Assembly (NCBI GenBank): GCA_043819795.1 | Contig: JBDREN010000178.1 | Coordinates: 1 to 33,911, forward strand | Origin: Elusimicrobiota bacterium | GTDB taxonomy: Bacteria > Elusimicrobiota > Elusimicrobia > UBA1565 | Length of the DNA: 33,911 nt | Direction: 5' to 3' | Shown: piece by piece, positions 1 through 8,359 of the stretch | Numbering within the stretch: position 1 is the stretch's first letter | How the letters are laid out: the number at the start of each line of letters is the position of its first letter | Translations under genes and position numbers: made by a program | Notes under the pieces: generated by a model | Told to the model about the DNA's origin: nothing | The model's database searches: none | What the model saw: the letters and a program-made list of their open reading frames with translations, nothing else

Positions 1-66
1 GAAGTTCTTTGGCGCGGCATGGCGCGTTTGGCTGATATCGATATGGCTTACAACCTTTACCACTGA
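1..66 (+). CDS. IS4-family transposase, C-terminal 21 aa (partial)
   Basis: Open from base 1 to TGA at 64-66; LWRGxxRLxD motif followed by an IS50-like terminal repeat. Confidence 0.65.
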   Translation, partial: EVLWRGMARLADIDMAYNLYH

Positions 67-138
67 CGCCTCCATCATGAATCTTCTCAAAAATCCCCAT
101 CTCCCCTTGTGCTCAAAATAGTTGTGGGTAAAGATTAG
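1..138 (+). mobile_element. Right end of an IS4-family (IS50/Tn5-like) insertion sequence, truncated by the window edge
   Basis: Frame 1 encodes EVLWRGMARLADIDMAYNLYH* (1-66), resembling the LWRG..RL C-terminal segment of Tn5-like transposases. 120-138 AGTTGTGGGTAAAGATTAG matches the reverse complement of the IS50 outside end at about 12/19 positions. The segment is more AT-rich than the sequence that follows. Confidence 0.7.
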
Positions 139-237
139 CCCGTCGGGGGAGAGGGGAATCCGTCCCTCAGGCCGCGTACGAACTGCGCTGACGCGGCTCT
201 CCTACGACACGACGCCGCAACGGCAGAGCCTCAGAGA

Positions 238-269
238 GTCAATGACCCCGCGCCAAGGGGCGGGGCTTG
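238..269 (+). repeat. Hairpin resembling an IS200/IS605-type element end (solo end)
   Basis: GTCAATGACCCCGCGCCAAGGGGCGGGGCTTG fits the GTCAA..ACCCC...GGGGCTTG palindromic end pattern; no tnpA/tnpB/iscB follows. Confidence 0.45.
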
Positions 270-427
270 CGGCGCCCGGTCGATTTGAAGGATGGATGCG
301 TCGGAAGCTTGGCGCGGAAAAGAGCAGGGAAAACGGCGTCCGGACGGATGGGCCGCCCCTCGGGAGGCGGGGCCGGGCGGAACGCCCGGCCGTCAGCGGC
401 CGCTTCGGGCGCGGGCCGCGGCGCCGA

Positions 428-592
428 CTATTTCCGTCGCAGCGCTTCGTCTATCTCTGTGAGCAGCATCGCGAGCGTCTGGATCCGTTCCGAGGCGGTG
501 ACCTCGAAGCGGGCGTCGTAGCCGACCTGTCCGGCCGTCTTGGCCGAGAGGCCCATCGTCCCCGGCATCCTCATCTCGAGCGTCGTGTTCAT
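428..592 (-). CDS. Small hypothetical protein, 54 aa (MNTTLEMRMPGTMGLSAKTAGQVGYDARFEVTASERIQTLAMLLTEIDEALRRK)
   Basis: Not in the ORF track. AAGGAGG RBS just upstream of ATG 592, TAG at 428-430, own promoter at 620-673. Confidence 0.7.
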   Translation of the reverse strand: MNTTLEMRMPGTMGLSAKTAGQVGYDARFEVTASERIQTLAMLLTEIDEALRRK

Positions 593-619
593 CGCGTCCT
601 CCTTCCGTGGCCTATCGTC

Positions 620-673
620 AGCATACCAGCCGGCGTTCTGAGAAGGCTCAGGCGAACCTCAAAGTTTCCTCAA
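620..673 (-). promoter_or_regulatory. Promoter with three (T/C)TGAG direct repeats at 11-bp period and an extended -10
   Basis: Plus-strand CTCAG/CTCAA/CTCAA at 647, 658, 669; minus-strand TGG-TATGCT with the hexamer at 625-620. Confidence 0.7.
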
Positions 674-682
674 ACCCGCGCA

Positions 683-1708
683 TCAGAACTTCCGGGCGTT
701 CAGGCTGCACCTGAGATACAGCTGGAACGCGCGCCTGTCGGCGGAGACGAACCGCTTCACTTCCGACATCGTGAGGGGCGGCGATCCCGCCCTGACCGCG
801 CGCTCAAGAAGGCGGCCGAACCGCTCCCGCAGGCGGGAATCCTGGATCACGGCTCCGGGCTTGACCGCGAGACTCTTCGCGGAGAAGCCCTTCTTGCCCG
901 CCTGAAGGGCCCAATAGCGGGCCTTGAGCTCCAGGATGCTCTCCTGCAGGGTGTCGATGCGCTCCGAGGCCCCCACGCACCCCTGCTCCTCGGCTAGGGC
1001 GTCCCGGAGGTCCGGCATGCGCGCCGGATCGGCCTCGAAAGTCCCGTCCGCCGCGGGCCTCGTCAGGAGTCTTTCGGACATCGGACGCCGCGGGCCCGAT
1101 ATATAGGAAGACGCATCGTCATCCTCCGAACGCCGCTCTTCCCCCCGCTGGAAGGCGAGTACCTCCCGCACGGATTCCTCGGCCGTGATGGCCTCGGGCG
1201 AGGGGAAAACGTCCCGCCGCCCGTAGTGGGTCCTGCGCGTCCTGAAGCTCCTCGCCTCGAGCACCACCCCGCTCTCTATGTCGACGAGCCGGACATTGGC
1301 CTCGAGGGTGTTCCCGAGCGTGACGAAGCTGCCCATGATCACGGCCTCGGCCTGCTGCATCCGCCCGAGACGCCGGAGGCCGGCCGGGTCCAGAAGGCCG
1401 GTAAGCCCAAGGGCATGCTCCTCAAGAACGGCGGGGAGCATGGCGCGCTCGATGACCAGCGGGCCCCCGGAGCGGGCCAGACGGGTCGTGAGCCGCTCCG
1501 AAAGTGCCAGGCCCTCGCCGGCGTCTGAATCGTCGAGCGGCACGAAGGGGGTGACCGCCACTCTTTCCACGCCCGCTTTTTCGGCGGCCCGGGACAGCCG
1601 CTTGGCTGCGGATTTGAGACCCTCCGCCGCCCAGCCCTCGGCCGCGAGGCCGAGGCAGATAAGGAAGACGCCGGAGAAGGTGCGGATCGGGCTCATGTCG
1701 CGGATCAT
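683..1708 (-). CDS. CsgG/HfaB/FlgO-like exported protein with an uncharacterised C-terminal region
   Basis: Signal-peptide-like N-terminus, then RVAVTPF...LSERLTTRL...VIER..L..VLEEHALGLTG...AEAVIMGSF...NVRLVDIESG, typical of the CsgG/FlgO fold. Start uncertain (1708 or 1696). Confidence 0.75.
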   Translation of the reverse strand: MIRDMSPIRTFSGVFLICLGLAAEGWAAEGLKSAAKRLSRAAEKAGVERVAVTPFVPLDDSDAGEGLALSERLTTRLARSGGPLVIERAMLPAVLEEHALGLTGLLDPAGLRRLGRMQQAEAVIMGSFVTLGNTLEANVRLVDIESGVVLEARSFRTRRTHYGRRDVFPSPEAITAEESVREVLAFQRGEERRSEDDDASSYISGPRRPMSERLLTRPAADGTFEADPARMPDLRDALAEEQGCVGASERIDTLQESILELKARYWALQAGKKGFSAKSLAVKPGAVIQDSRLRERFGRLLERAVRAGSPPLTMSEVKRFVSADRRAFQLYLRCSLNARKF

Positions 1709-1715
1709 CCTCCCC

Positions 1716-1769
1716 ATTATGACGTCCGGACCTCTTAGACCCCTCAAGAGAGTCTCAAGCTTCCCTCAA
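1716..1769 (-). promoter_or_regulatory. Promoter with three TTGAG repeats at 11-bp period and a -10-like CATAAT
   Basis: CTCAA at 1743, 1754, 1765; minus-strand CATAAT at 1721-1716. Confidence 0.65.
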
Positions 1770-1788
1770 ATAGCCCCCCCGCGGATTG

Positions 1789-1842
1789 TTGAGCGGAATT
1801 TGAAGCCGCTTTGAATCTTCCGGGAACGCGGCCGGCTATGCT
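1789..1842 (+). promoter_or_regulatory. Promoter with TTGAG/TTGAA/TTGAA repeats at 11-bp period and -10 TATGCT
   Basis: Repeats at 1789, 1800, 1811; TATGCT at 1837-1842. Confidence 0.7.
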
Positions 1843-1899
1843 GGTCTCGTGACGCAATCGGCGGTAAGTCGGAGAACATCACAGTCACGGAGGCGAGTC

Positions 1900-2103
1900 A
1901 TGATGGCAACGACGAATACGACCGAAGTGGAGGACAGGGCATTGAGAATCCTGCTTCTAAGGTGGTTCGGGAACTCGCTCTTGGCGGGTCTGCTGGCGAC
2001 CCTATTGGCGGCGCTGTGCTCCGCGGCGGACCTGACCGTCAACGCGGCCAACGAGGCCGGAGGCGCGGTCTCCAGGACAGCCGTCGATTTGAGGATTCTT
2101 TGA
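1900..2103 (+). CDS. Small hypothetical membrane or secreted protein, 67 aa
   Basis: GGAGG RBS at 1889-1893, ATG 1900, one hydrophobic stretch (LLAGLLATLLAALCSA), dedicated promoter upstream. Confidence 0.6.
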   Translation: MMATTNTTEVEDRALRILLLRWFGNSLLAGLLATLLAALCSAADLTVNAANEAGGAVSRTAVDLRIL

Positions 2104-2142
2104 GCCCTTCTTGAGGCTCCCGGGAGCTTCCCATGTTAACCT
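2089..2142 (+). promoter_or_regulatory. Promoter with three TTGAG repeats at 11-bp period and extended -10 TGT-TAACCT
   Basis: TTGAG at 2089, 2100, 2111; TAACCT at 2137-2142. Confidence 0.7.
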
Positions 2143-2191
2143 GGAAGCGTAGGGGACGGAGGGGAATCGCATTTCCAAAAGGAGGGATACG

Positions 2192-3100
2192 ATGAATACC
2201 GAGGCCGTGAGAATAGAAGACGACAGCGCAAACGGGACCGCCGCTTCCGCGGTCACGACGCTCCTGTTCGCGGACGATTGCCCCGCCGTGCTGCAGGTCC
2301 TGGTGAGGACGTTCTCGGGCCCCGGCACGCGCATTTTCGTGGCCAAAGACGGCCTGGCGGCGCTGGCGGCCGCCTCCGAACACGAGCCCGACCTCATCGT
2401 CCTCGACATCCAGATGCCCGGCATGAACGGCGACCAGGTCTGCCAGGCCCTAAGGAGGGATCCCGCGCACCGCCACACCCCCATATTGATGCTGACCGGC
2501 CGCGGCGCGAAGGACGACGAGCTCCACGGCCTGGACATCGGGGCGGACGACTATATAAAGAAGCCCTTCGACATCGACAACGTCCGGGCGCGGGTCACGG
2601 CGCATCTGCGGCGCAGCCGGACCAGCGTCGAGATGAACCCCGTGAGCCGTCTCCCCGGCAGCGGCGCCGTCAAGGAGGAGGTCGAACGGCGGCTCCACGA
2701 GGGCGGATCCTTCACCTTCACGATCGCCGACATAAGCGGCCTGAAGGCCTTCAAGGACGTCCATGGCGTGCACCTGGGCGACGCCGTGATCCTGGCGACG
2801 GCCAAGCTGCTGCGGGACAACCTGCAGGACCCTGCGGAGGATTTCGTAGGCCACGTCGGAGGCGACGACTTCGCCATCGTCTCGAGCCGGCCCATAGACA
2901 TCGCCGCCCTGCGGAGGCGCTTCTTCGAGAGGGTCGGGGGACTCTATACGATACGCCAAGCCGGCCGGGAGATCCCGCTTCTCAGCCTGGACGAGGGAGA
3001 GGTGTTCTGCAACCCCGTCGTCCATCGGACCTACGAGGAGGTCGCCGAGGCGGCGACCCGGGCCAGGGCGCTCTTTAAGACCCGGGGGATCGCCCGCTAG
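2192..3100 (+). CDS. Response regulator, REC domain plus GGDEF-like domain (GGDDF)
   Basis: REC motifs FADD, VLDIQMP, MLTG, YIKKPF; C-terminal NPVSRLPG...GDAVI...FVGHVGGDDF; AAGGAGG RBS. Confidence 0.9.
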   Translation: MNTEAVRIEDDSANGTAASAVTTLLFADDCPAVLQVLVRTFSGPGTRIFVAKDGLAALAAASEHEPDLIVLDIQMPGMNGDQVCQALRRDPAHRHTPILMLTGRGAKDDELHGLDIGADDYIKKPFDIDNVRARVTAHLRRSRTSVEMNPVSRLPGSGAVKEEVERRLHEGGSFTFTIADISGLKAFKDVHGVHLGDAVILATAKLLRDNLQDPAEDFVGHVGGDDFAIVSSRPIDIAALRRRFFERVGGLYTIRQAGREIPLLSLDEGEVFCNPVVHRTYEEVAEAATRARALFKTRGIAR

Positions 3101-3114
3101 CGAGCCGAGGCGCG

Positions 3115-3585
3115 ATGTCCAAAGAGATTTCCAGAGGCGATCCGCCCGGGGGCCGCATCCTCGTCGTGGACGACGAGGACGCGACCGCGCGCGCGCTGAC
3201 CCGCCATCTGGAGGGGGAGGGGCACCGCACCCGCGTCGCGGCCACCGGCGAGGAGGCGATCAGGCTCATCGGAACCGAGCGATTCGATTTCATCCTGCTC
3301 GACATCGGACTGCCAGGGATGACCGGGTTCGAGGCCATCGAGGAGATCGCCCAGCGCACGGATGCCCCCGTGGTCCTGATGAGCGGCCACGCCGACGAGG
3401 AGGCCCGCCGGGACGCCCTGCTGCTCGGCGCCAAGGACCTGCTGGCGAAGCCTTTTGATTTCGCGGAGGTGGACCGGATCGTCCCGAAGTGGCTCGCCCC
3501 CCTGAGCCGCGGGGGCCCCCTGAGCCCTGCGGGCGAAGGCACGATGTGCGTGTCCCCTCCCCCGCGGGGAGGGACACGGGGATAG
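3115..3585 (+). CDS. Single-domain response regulator (REC)
   Basis: ILVVDDE, LLDIGLPGMTG, LMSG, AKPF motifs. Confidence 0.9.
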   Translation: MSKEISRGDPPGGRILVVDDEDATARALTRHLEGEGHRTRVAATGEEAIRLIGTERFDFILLDIGLPGMTGFEAIEEIAQRTDAPVVLMSGHADEEARRDALLLGAKDLLAKPFDFAEVDRIVPKWLAPLSRGGPLSPAGEGTMCVSPPPRGGTRG

Positions 3586-3609
3586 GCGGGGGATAGCCCC
3601 CCCTGCTTG

Positions 3610-3634
3610 AGCGGCCCCCCGTGGGGGGCCCGCT
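3610..3634. terminator. GC-rich hairpin between convergent genes
   Basis: AGCGGCCCCCC-GT-GGGGGGCCCGCT between the stops at 3585 (+) and 3633 (-); no U-tract. Confidence 0.4.
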
Positions 3635-5585
3635 AACTCGACGGCGCGTCCAGCAGCTCCCGCAGCGTCCGGGCCAGGTCGTAGGGCGAGAAAGGCTTCT
3701 GCAGGAAAGACACGCCCGGCTTCATCATCCCCCGCTCGGCGACGACCTCCTCCGAATAGCCCGACATGTAAAGGACCTTGATCCCGGGCCTCGCCGACAC
3801 CACGCGCTTGGCCAGATCGCGGCCGTCCATGCCCGGCATCACCAGGTCCGTGAGCAGCAGGTGTATCCTCTCCGGGTGGCGCGAGGTCATCCGGAGCGCC
3901 TCCTCGCCGTTGGCGGCGGCCAGGATCTTGTAGCCGCAGTTGCCCAGCACGCGCAGCGCCGACTTCCGGACGATCCCGTCGTCCTCCACGAGCAGGACGG
4001 TCTCCGAGCCCCGGACCTCCGCGAGAGGGGCCTGCCCCCCGCCCTCCTTCCTGGGCATCTCCCCGGTGGCCGGCAGGTAGATCATGAAGGTGGTGCCTTG
4101 CCCCTCGACGGAGTAGACCGAGATGTAGCCGCCGAGCTGCTTGACGATGCCGTATACCGTGGACAAGCCGAGACCCGTCCCCTTCCCCTTCTCCTTCGTC
4201 GTGAAGAAAGGCTCGAAGATGTTCGGCAGGACATCCGCCTTGATGCCGCTCCCCGTGTCGCTCACCGCCATCATCGCGTAGCGTCCGGCCGGTATGGTGA
4301 ACTGCTCGCAGGCGAGCGGCTCGCGAAGCTGCGCGTTGGACGTCTCGACGACCAGCTTGCCGCCGTGCGGCATGGCGTCGCCGGCGTTGACGGCGAGATT
4401 GAGGATCACCTGCTCGAGCTGGGCCGCGTCGGCCTTCACGTGCCCGAGCGCGGGGCTCAGGACGGTGACGAAGCTGATGTCCTCCGAGATGGTGCGCCTG
4501 AGCAGCTTCTCGAGGTCCGCGATGACCGCGTTGAGGTCGACGACCTCCAGGCGAAGCACCTGTTTGCGGCTGAACGCCAGGAGCTGCCGGGTGAGCGCGG
4601 CCGCCTTGGAGCCCGCGTTCTTGATCTCCAGGACGTCGTCGCGCTTCGGGTCGTCGCCCTTCATGTCCTGCAGAAGGAAGTCGGCATAGGCGCCGATCGC
4701 CGTCAAGAGGTTGTTGAAGTCATGGGCGATGCCGCCCGCCAGCCGCCCCACCGCCTCCAGCTTCTGCGACTGGAAGAACTGCGCGCGGCTCTTCTCGAGC
4801 GCCTGCTCCGCTTCCTTGCTCGCGGTGACGTCCCGTCCGATCTTCATGACCGCGCCCGGGCGGCCGGCCTCGTCTCTGAGAGCGACGTTGGCGGTGCAGG
4901 CGAAATCCAGGGCCCTGCCGTCCTTGGCGATCAAGCGCATCTCCTGCTCGTGGATCCGGCCGTCCTCGAACGCCCGCCGCACGAGGCACGGCTGCGCTTC
5001 GCACGGGGTCTCCCGGGCCCGGCAGGCCGCGTAGCACTTCCTGCCCAGGAGATCGGCGCCGAACGTCTCCCGCGCGCTGTCGTTCGCCCAGACGATGTCG
5101 TAGCCCTTGTCCACCATGATGATGCAGTCGCTCATGGACCGCAGCATCGCGTCGAGCTTCCCTTCGCTCTCCCGCAGGGCCTCCTCCGCCCGCTTGCCCT
5201 GCCTGCGATGCTCCGCTTCCCGCAGCTCCCGCTCGATGACGGCGCCGAGCCGGGTCAGCTGGTCCTTCCTCAGGTAGTCGGCGGCGCCGGCGCGCATGGC
5301 CTCGGCCGCGGCTTCCTCGCCGGCCCCGGCCGAGACGACGATGACCGGGATGTCGGGATCCTTCCGCCGCACGAGCGCGATCGCCGCGGGAGCGTCGAAC
5401 TGCGGCATGCTGTAATCGCATAAGACGATGTCCCATGCCCGCTTCTGCAGGGAGGCCTTCATCCCCATCGCCGTATCGACCCGCTCGAAGACCGGCTCGT
5501 AACCCCCGAATCGCAGCGCGCGCACGAGGAGATCGGCGTCCCGCTTCAGGTCCTCGACCATCAAGACGCGGAGCTTTCTGCTCAT
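3633..5585 (-). CDS. Hybrid sensor histidine kinase REC-PAS-HisKA-HATPase-REC (CckA-like)
   Basis: H-box GGIAHDFNNLL, N-box NLAVNA, G1 SDTGSG, F/G2 FEPFFTTKEKGKGTGLGL, N- and C-terminal receiver domains. Confidence 0.95.
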   Translation of the reverse strand: MSRKLRVLMVEDLKRDADLLVRALRFGGYEPVFERVDTAMGMKASLQKRAWDIVLCDYSMPQFDAPAAIALVRRKDPDIPVIVVSAGAGEEAAAEAMRAGAADYLRKDQLTRLGAVIERELREAEHRRQGKRAEEALRESEGKLDAMLRSMSDCIIMVDKGYDIVWANDSARETFGADLLGRKCYAACRARETPCEAQPCLVRRAFEDGRIHEQEMRLIAKDGRALDFACTANVALRDEAGRPGAVMKIGRDVTASKEAEQALEKSRAQFFQSQKLEAVGRLAGGIAHDFNNLLTAIGAYADFLLQDMKGDDPKRDDVLEIKNAGSKAAALTRQLLAFSRKQVLRLEVVDLNAVIADLEKLLRRTISEDISFVTVLSPALGHVKADAAQLEQVILNLAVNAGDAMPHGGKLVVETSNAQLREPLACEQFTIPAGRYAMMAVSDTGSGIKADVLPNIFEPFFTTKEKGKGTGLGLSTVYGIVKQLGGYISVYSVEGQGTTFMIYLPATGEMPRKEGGGQAPLAEVRGSETVLLVEDDGIVRKSALRVLGNCGYKILAAANGEEALRMTSRHPERIHLLLTDLVMPGMDGRDLAKRVVSARPGIKVLYMSGYSEEVVAERGMMKPGVSFLQKPFSPYDLARTLRELLDAPSS

Positions 5586-5605
5586 CGGTCCCTAACTAGG
5601 GGCTC

Positions 5606-8158
5606 TCAGCCCCAGAGCACCATGCCCATCTCGTAAGGATGGACCCGGTCGGGGTGGTGCGGAAGCACCCGCACGGTGAAACCCCGCCGGCCGCTCGCGC
5701 CGCACGGCACCCTTCCCCGATAGAGGTGTACGCCCCCCTCGGCCGGGCGCTCGTGGGCCATCCGGACGCTCTCCCCCGCGTCGATCTCCCCCGGCGTGGA
5801 GAGGTGGCCGTGGTAGAGCTGGATCTCCACGTCCTCCGGCGCCAGGCCGCCCAGCCGGACATGGGCCGTCACCTCCAGCTCGTCGCCGACCGACAAGGCG
5901 CGATTGCCGTCCGAATCGACCTTCTCGATGCGGACGTCCTTCCATCGCTCGCGCAGCTTGCCGCGCCACGCGGCGAGCGCCTTGGCGCGCTCCTGCGAGC
6001 CGGCCGTCAGCTCCTCGTGCTTAGTGGACGCGGCCAAATACGACCGGCCGACATAGTCGGACATCATGCGATGGGTATTGAAGACGGCGCCGATCTTCTC
6101 CATGGACTTCTTCATCTTGGCGATCCAGCCGTGGGGCAGGCCGTCGCGTCCCCGGTCGTAGAACAGCGGGATCACCTCCTCCTCGAGGATGTCGTAGAGC
6201 GTGCTGCTTTCGACGTCGTCCTGGGCCTCGCGCGCGTCGTACTCCTCCCCGCTCCCGATGACCCATCCCACCTCCGGGCTGTAGCCCTCGCACCACCACC
6301 CGTCGAGCGTGCTCAGGTTGAGCGCCCCGTTGACCGCCGCCTTCATGCCGCTCGTGCCCGACGCCTCCAGCGGCCTGCGGGGGGTGTTGAGCCAGACGTC
6401 CGCGCCCTGCACGAAATAGCGCGCGACGTTCATGTCGTAGTCCTCGATGAACACGATGTGCTCGCGGAACCCCTCCTCCCGGACGAAGTGGACGAGCTCC
6501 TTCAGGACCTCCTTGCCGGCGCCGTCCATCGGGTGGGCCTTGCCGGCGAAGATGATCTGGACCGGCCGCTTGGGATCGTTGAGCAGGCGCCTGAGCCGGT
6601 CCCGGTTCTTCAGGATCAGGGTGGCCCGCTTGTAGGCGGCGAAACGCCGCCCGAAACAGATGGTCAGAGCCGTCGGATCGAGCAGCTCATCGGCCTGCTG
6701 CACGATGTGCGGCGACGCCCCCCGGCGCTCCAGCTGGATGCGCAGCCGCTTGCGGGCGAACCATACGAGCCGCTCGCGGCGGAGATCGTGCGCGCGCCAC
6801 ATCTCCGAGTCCGGGATCTTGCGGACCCGCCTCCAGACGGAGAAGTCCGTCGGCTCCTCCTGGAACTTCGGCCCGAGATACCGGTCCAGCAGCTCCGTCA
6901 TCTCGTGACTGAGCCACGAGCGCGTGTGTATGCCGTTGGTCAGGCCCGAGATCGGGATCTCCTCGACGGGAAGCCCGGGCCACAGCCCGCGCCACATGCG
7001 CCGGGAGGTCCGGCCGTGCAGCTGGCTCACCCCGTTGCAGTGCGCCGCGGAGCGCAGCGCCAGCACGGTCAGGCAAAAATCCTCCTCCTGGTTGGCCGGA
7101 TTCTCGCGACCCAAGGCGAGGAATTCCTTCCAGGAGATGCCGATCTTCTCGACGAACGCGCCCAGGTAGCGCTTCACGAGGTCCGGCTGGAATCTCTCGT
7201 TTCCCGCCGGCACCGGCGTGTGGGTCGTGAAGACGGTCGTGGCCCAGACCACCTCCCAAGCCTCGGCCAGGCTCAGGCGGTAGCGCTCCACGACCTGACG
7301 GACCCGCTCGAGCGCCATGAACGCGGAATGCCCCTCGTTCATATGGCATACGCAGGGCTCATACCCCAGCGCGGCGAGGGCCCGCATCCCTCCCACGCCG
7401 AGCAGGATCTCCTGCCGAAGGCGCATGTCCCGGTCGCCGACGTACAGGCGCTTGGTGATGCCCCGCTGCTCGGGCGCATTCTCGGGGAGGTCGGTGTCGA
7501 GCAAAAACAGCAGGATGCGTCCGACCTGGACCCGCCAGATCTCGAACGTGACCGACTGGCCGTCCAGCTCGATGCTGGACCGGACCGGCTGGCCGTCCTG
7601 GCCGAGGGCGCGCTCCACGGGCATGTTGAACCAGTCGTTGATGGGATACGCCTCCTGCTGCCATCCGTCCGCGGTCAGATACTGGGAGCAGTATCCCTCC
7701 CGGTAGAGCAGGCCGACGGCCACCAGCGGCAGGCCGAGGTCGCTGGCGGACTTCAGGTGGTCTCCCGCAAGCGCCCCCAACCCCCCCGAGTAGATCGGCA
7801 GGCTCACGTCGATGCCGTACTCCATGGAGAAATACGCGAACGTCCGCTTGGCGAACTCCGGATGCTCCTCCTGCATCCAGGTCGGGGCCTCCATGTACAC
7901 CTTGAGCCGGTCGCGCACCCGCTTCATGTTCGCGACGAAGCTGTCATCCTTCGCGAGCTCCGCGAAGCGCTCCTGGGGAAGGCGGCTCAGCATCAAGGCC
8001 GGGTTCTGGTATGTCTTCTCCCAGTACTCCGGGTCCATGCGGATGAAGAGCTGGACGGCCTCCCAGTCCCAGCAGTAGTGGAGATTGAAAGCTATCTCCC
8101 TTAAAGGCCCAAGCGCCTTCGGCAGGCGCGGCAAGACGTCGAACTGCCTGATGTTCAT
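5606..8158 (-). CDS. glgP: Alpha-glucan (glycogen) phosphorylase
   Basis: YFSMEYG, YSGGLG, HMNEGH, FTTHTPVPAG and the PLP-site motif EASGTSGMK; probable start MNIRQF at 8158. Confidence 0.96.
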   Translation of the reverse strand: MNIRQFDVLPRLPKALGPLREIAFNLHYCWDWEAVQLFIRMDPEYWEKTYQNPALMLSRLPQERFAELAKDDSFVANMKRVRDRLKVYMEAPTWMQEEHPEFAKRTFAYFSMEYGIDVSLPIYSGGLGALAGDHLKSASDLGLPLVAVGLLYREGYCSQYLTADGWQQEAYPINDWFNMPVERALGQDGQPVRSSIELDGQSVTFEIWRVQVGRILLFLLDTDLPENAPEQRGITKRLYVGDRDMRLRQEILLGVGGMRALAALGYEPCVCHMNEGHSAFMALERVRQVVERYRLSLAEAWEVVWATTVFTTHTPVPAGNERFQPDLVKRYLGAFVEKIGISWKEFLALGRENPANQEEDFCLTVLALRSAAHCNGVSQLHGRTSRRMWRGLWPGLPVEEIPISGLTNGIHTRSWLSHEMTELLDRYLGPKFQEEPTDFSVWRRVRKIPDSEMWRAHDLRRERLVWFARKRLRIQLERRGASPHIVQQADELLDPTALTICFGRRFAAYKRATLILKNRDRLRRLLNDPKRPVQIIFAGKAHPMDGAGKEVLKELVHFVREEGFREHIVFIEDYDMNVARYFVQGADVWLNTPRRPLEASGTSGMKAAVNGALNLSTLDGWWCEGYSPEVGWVIGSGEEYDAREAQDDVESSTLYDILEEEVIPLFYDRGRDGLPHGWIAKMKKSMEKIGAVFNTHRMMSDYVGRSYLAASTKHEELTAGSQERAKALAAWRGKLRERWKDVRIEKVDSDGNRALSVGDELEVTAHVRLGGLAPEDVEIQLYHGHLSTPGEIDAGESVRMAHERPAEGGVHLYRGRVPCGASGRRGFTVRVLPHHPDRVHPYEMGMVLWG

Positions 8159-8359
8159 TCTACCCCCCGTTTCGCATAAGCGAGGCTGTCCCGGTAATAT
8201 TAGCGCGTTTGGAGCCTTCTTGAAAGGCAATCTTCAGGCGCGCGCGGGGTAGGTCCATCGGTCCAAACGGCCGCAGGCCCACGGCCTGGCCGGCGCTGGG
8301 TCTTTCGCCTCTCCCGCGGAGGCATTCCCGGAAGCATAATTCAGTAAGACAGTGGCTCG

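Noticed and set aside
122..997. 291-aa plus-strand ORF
   Set aside because: Crosses an IS end and lies antisense to two better-supported genes; Arg/Gly/Pro-rich shadow frame.
3621..8104. Long antisense ORFs (3621-5423, 5639-8104; likewise 8234-9736, 20513-24205, 26276-27790)
   Set aside because: Typical shadow ORFs opposite real genes in high-GC DNA; no recognisable motifs.
8209..8237. Partial TTGGA/TTGAA array near the glgP promoter
   Set aside because: Only two imperfect units and no -10 at the 26-nt offset.
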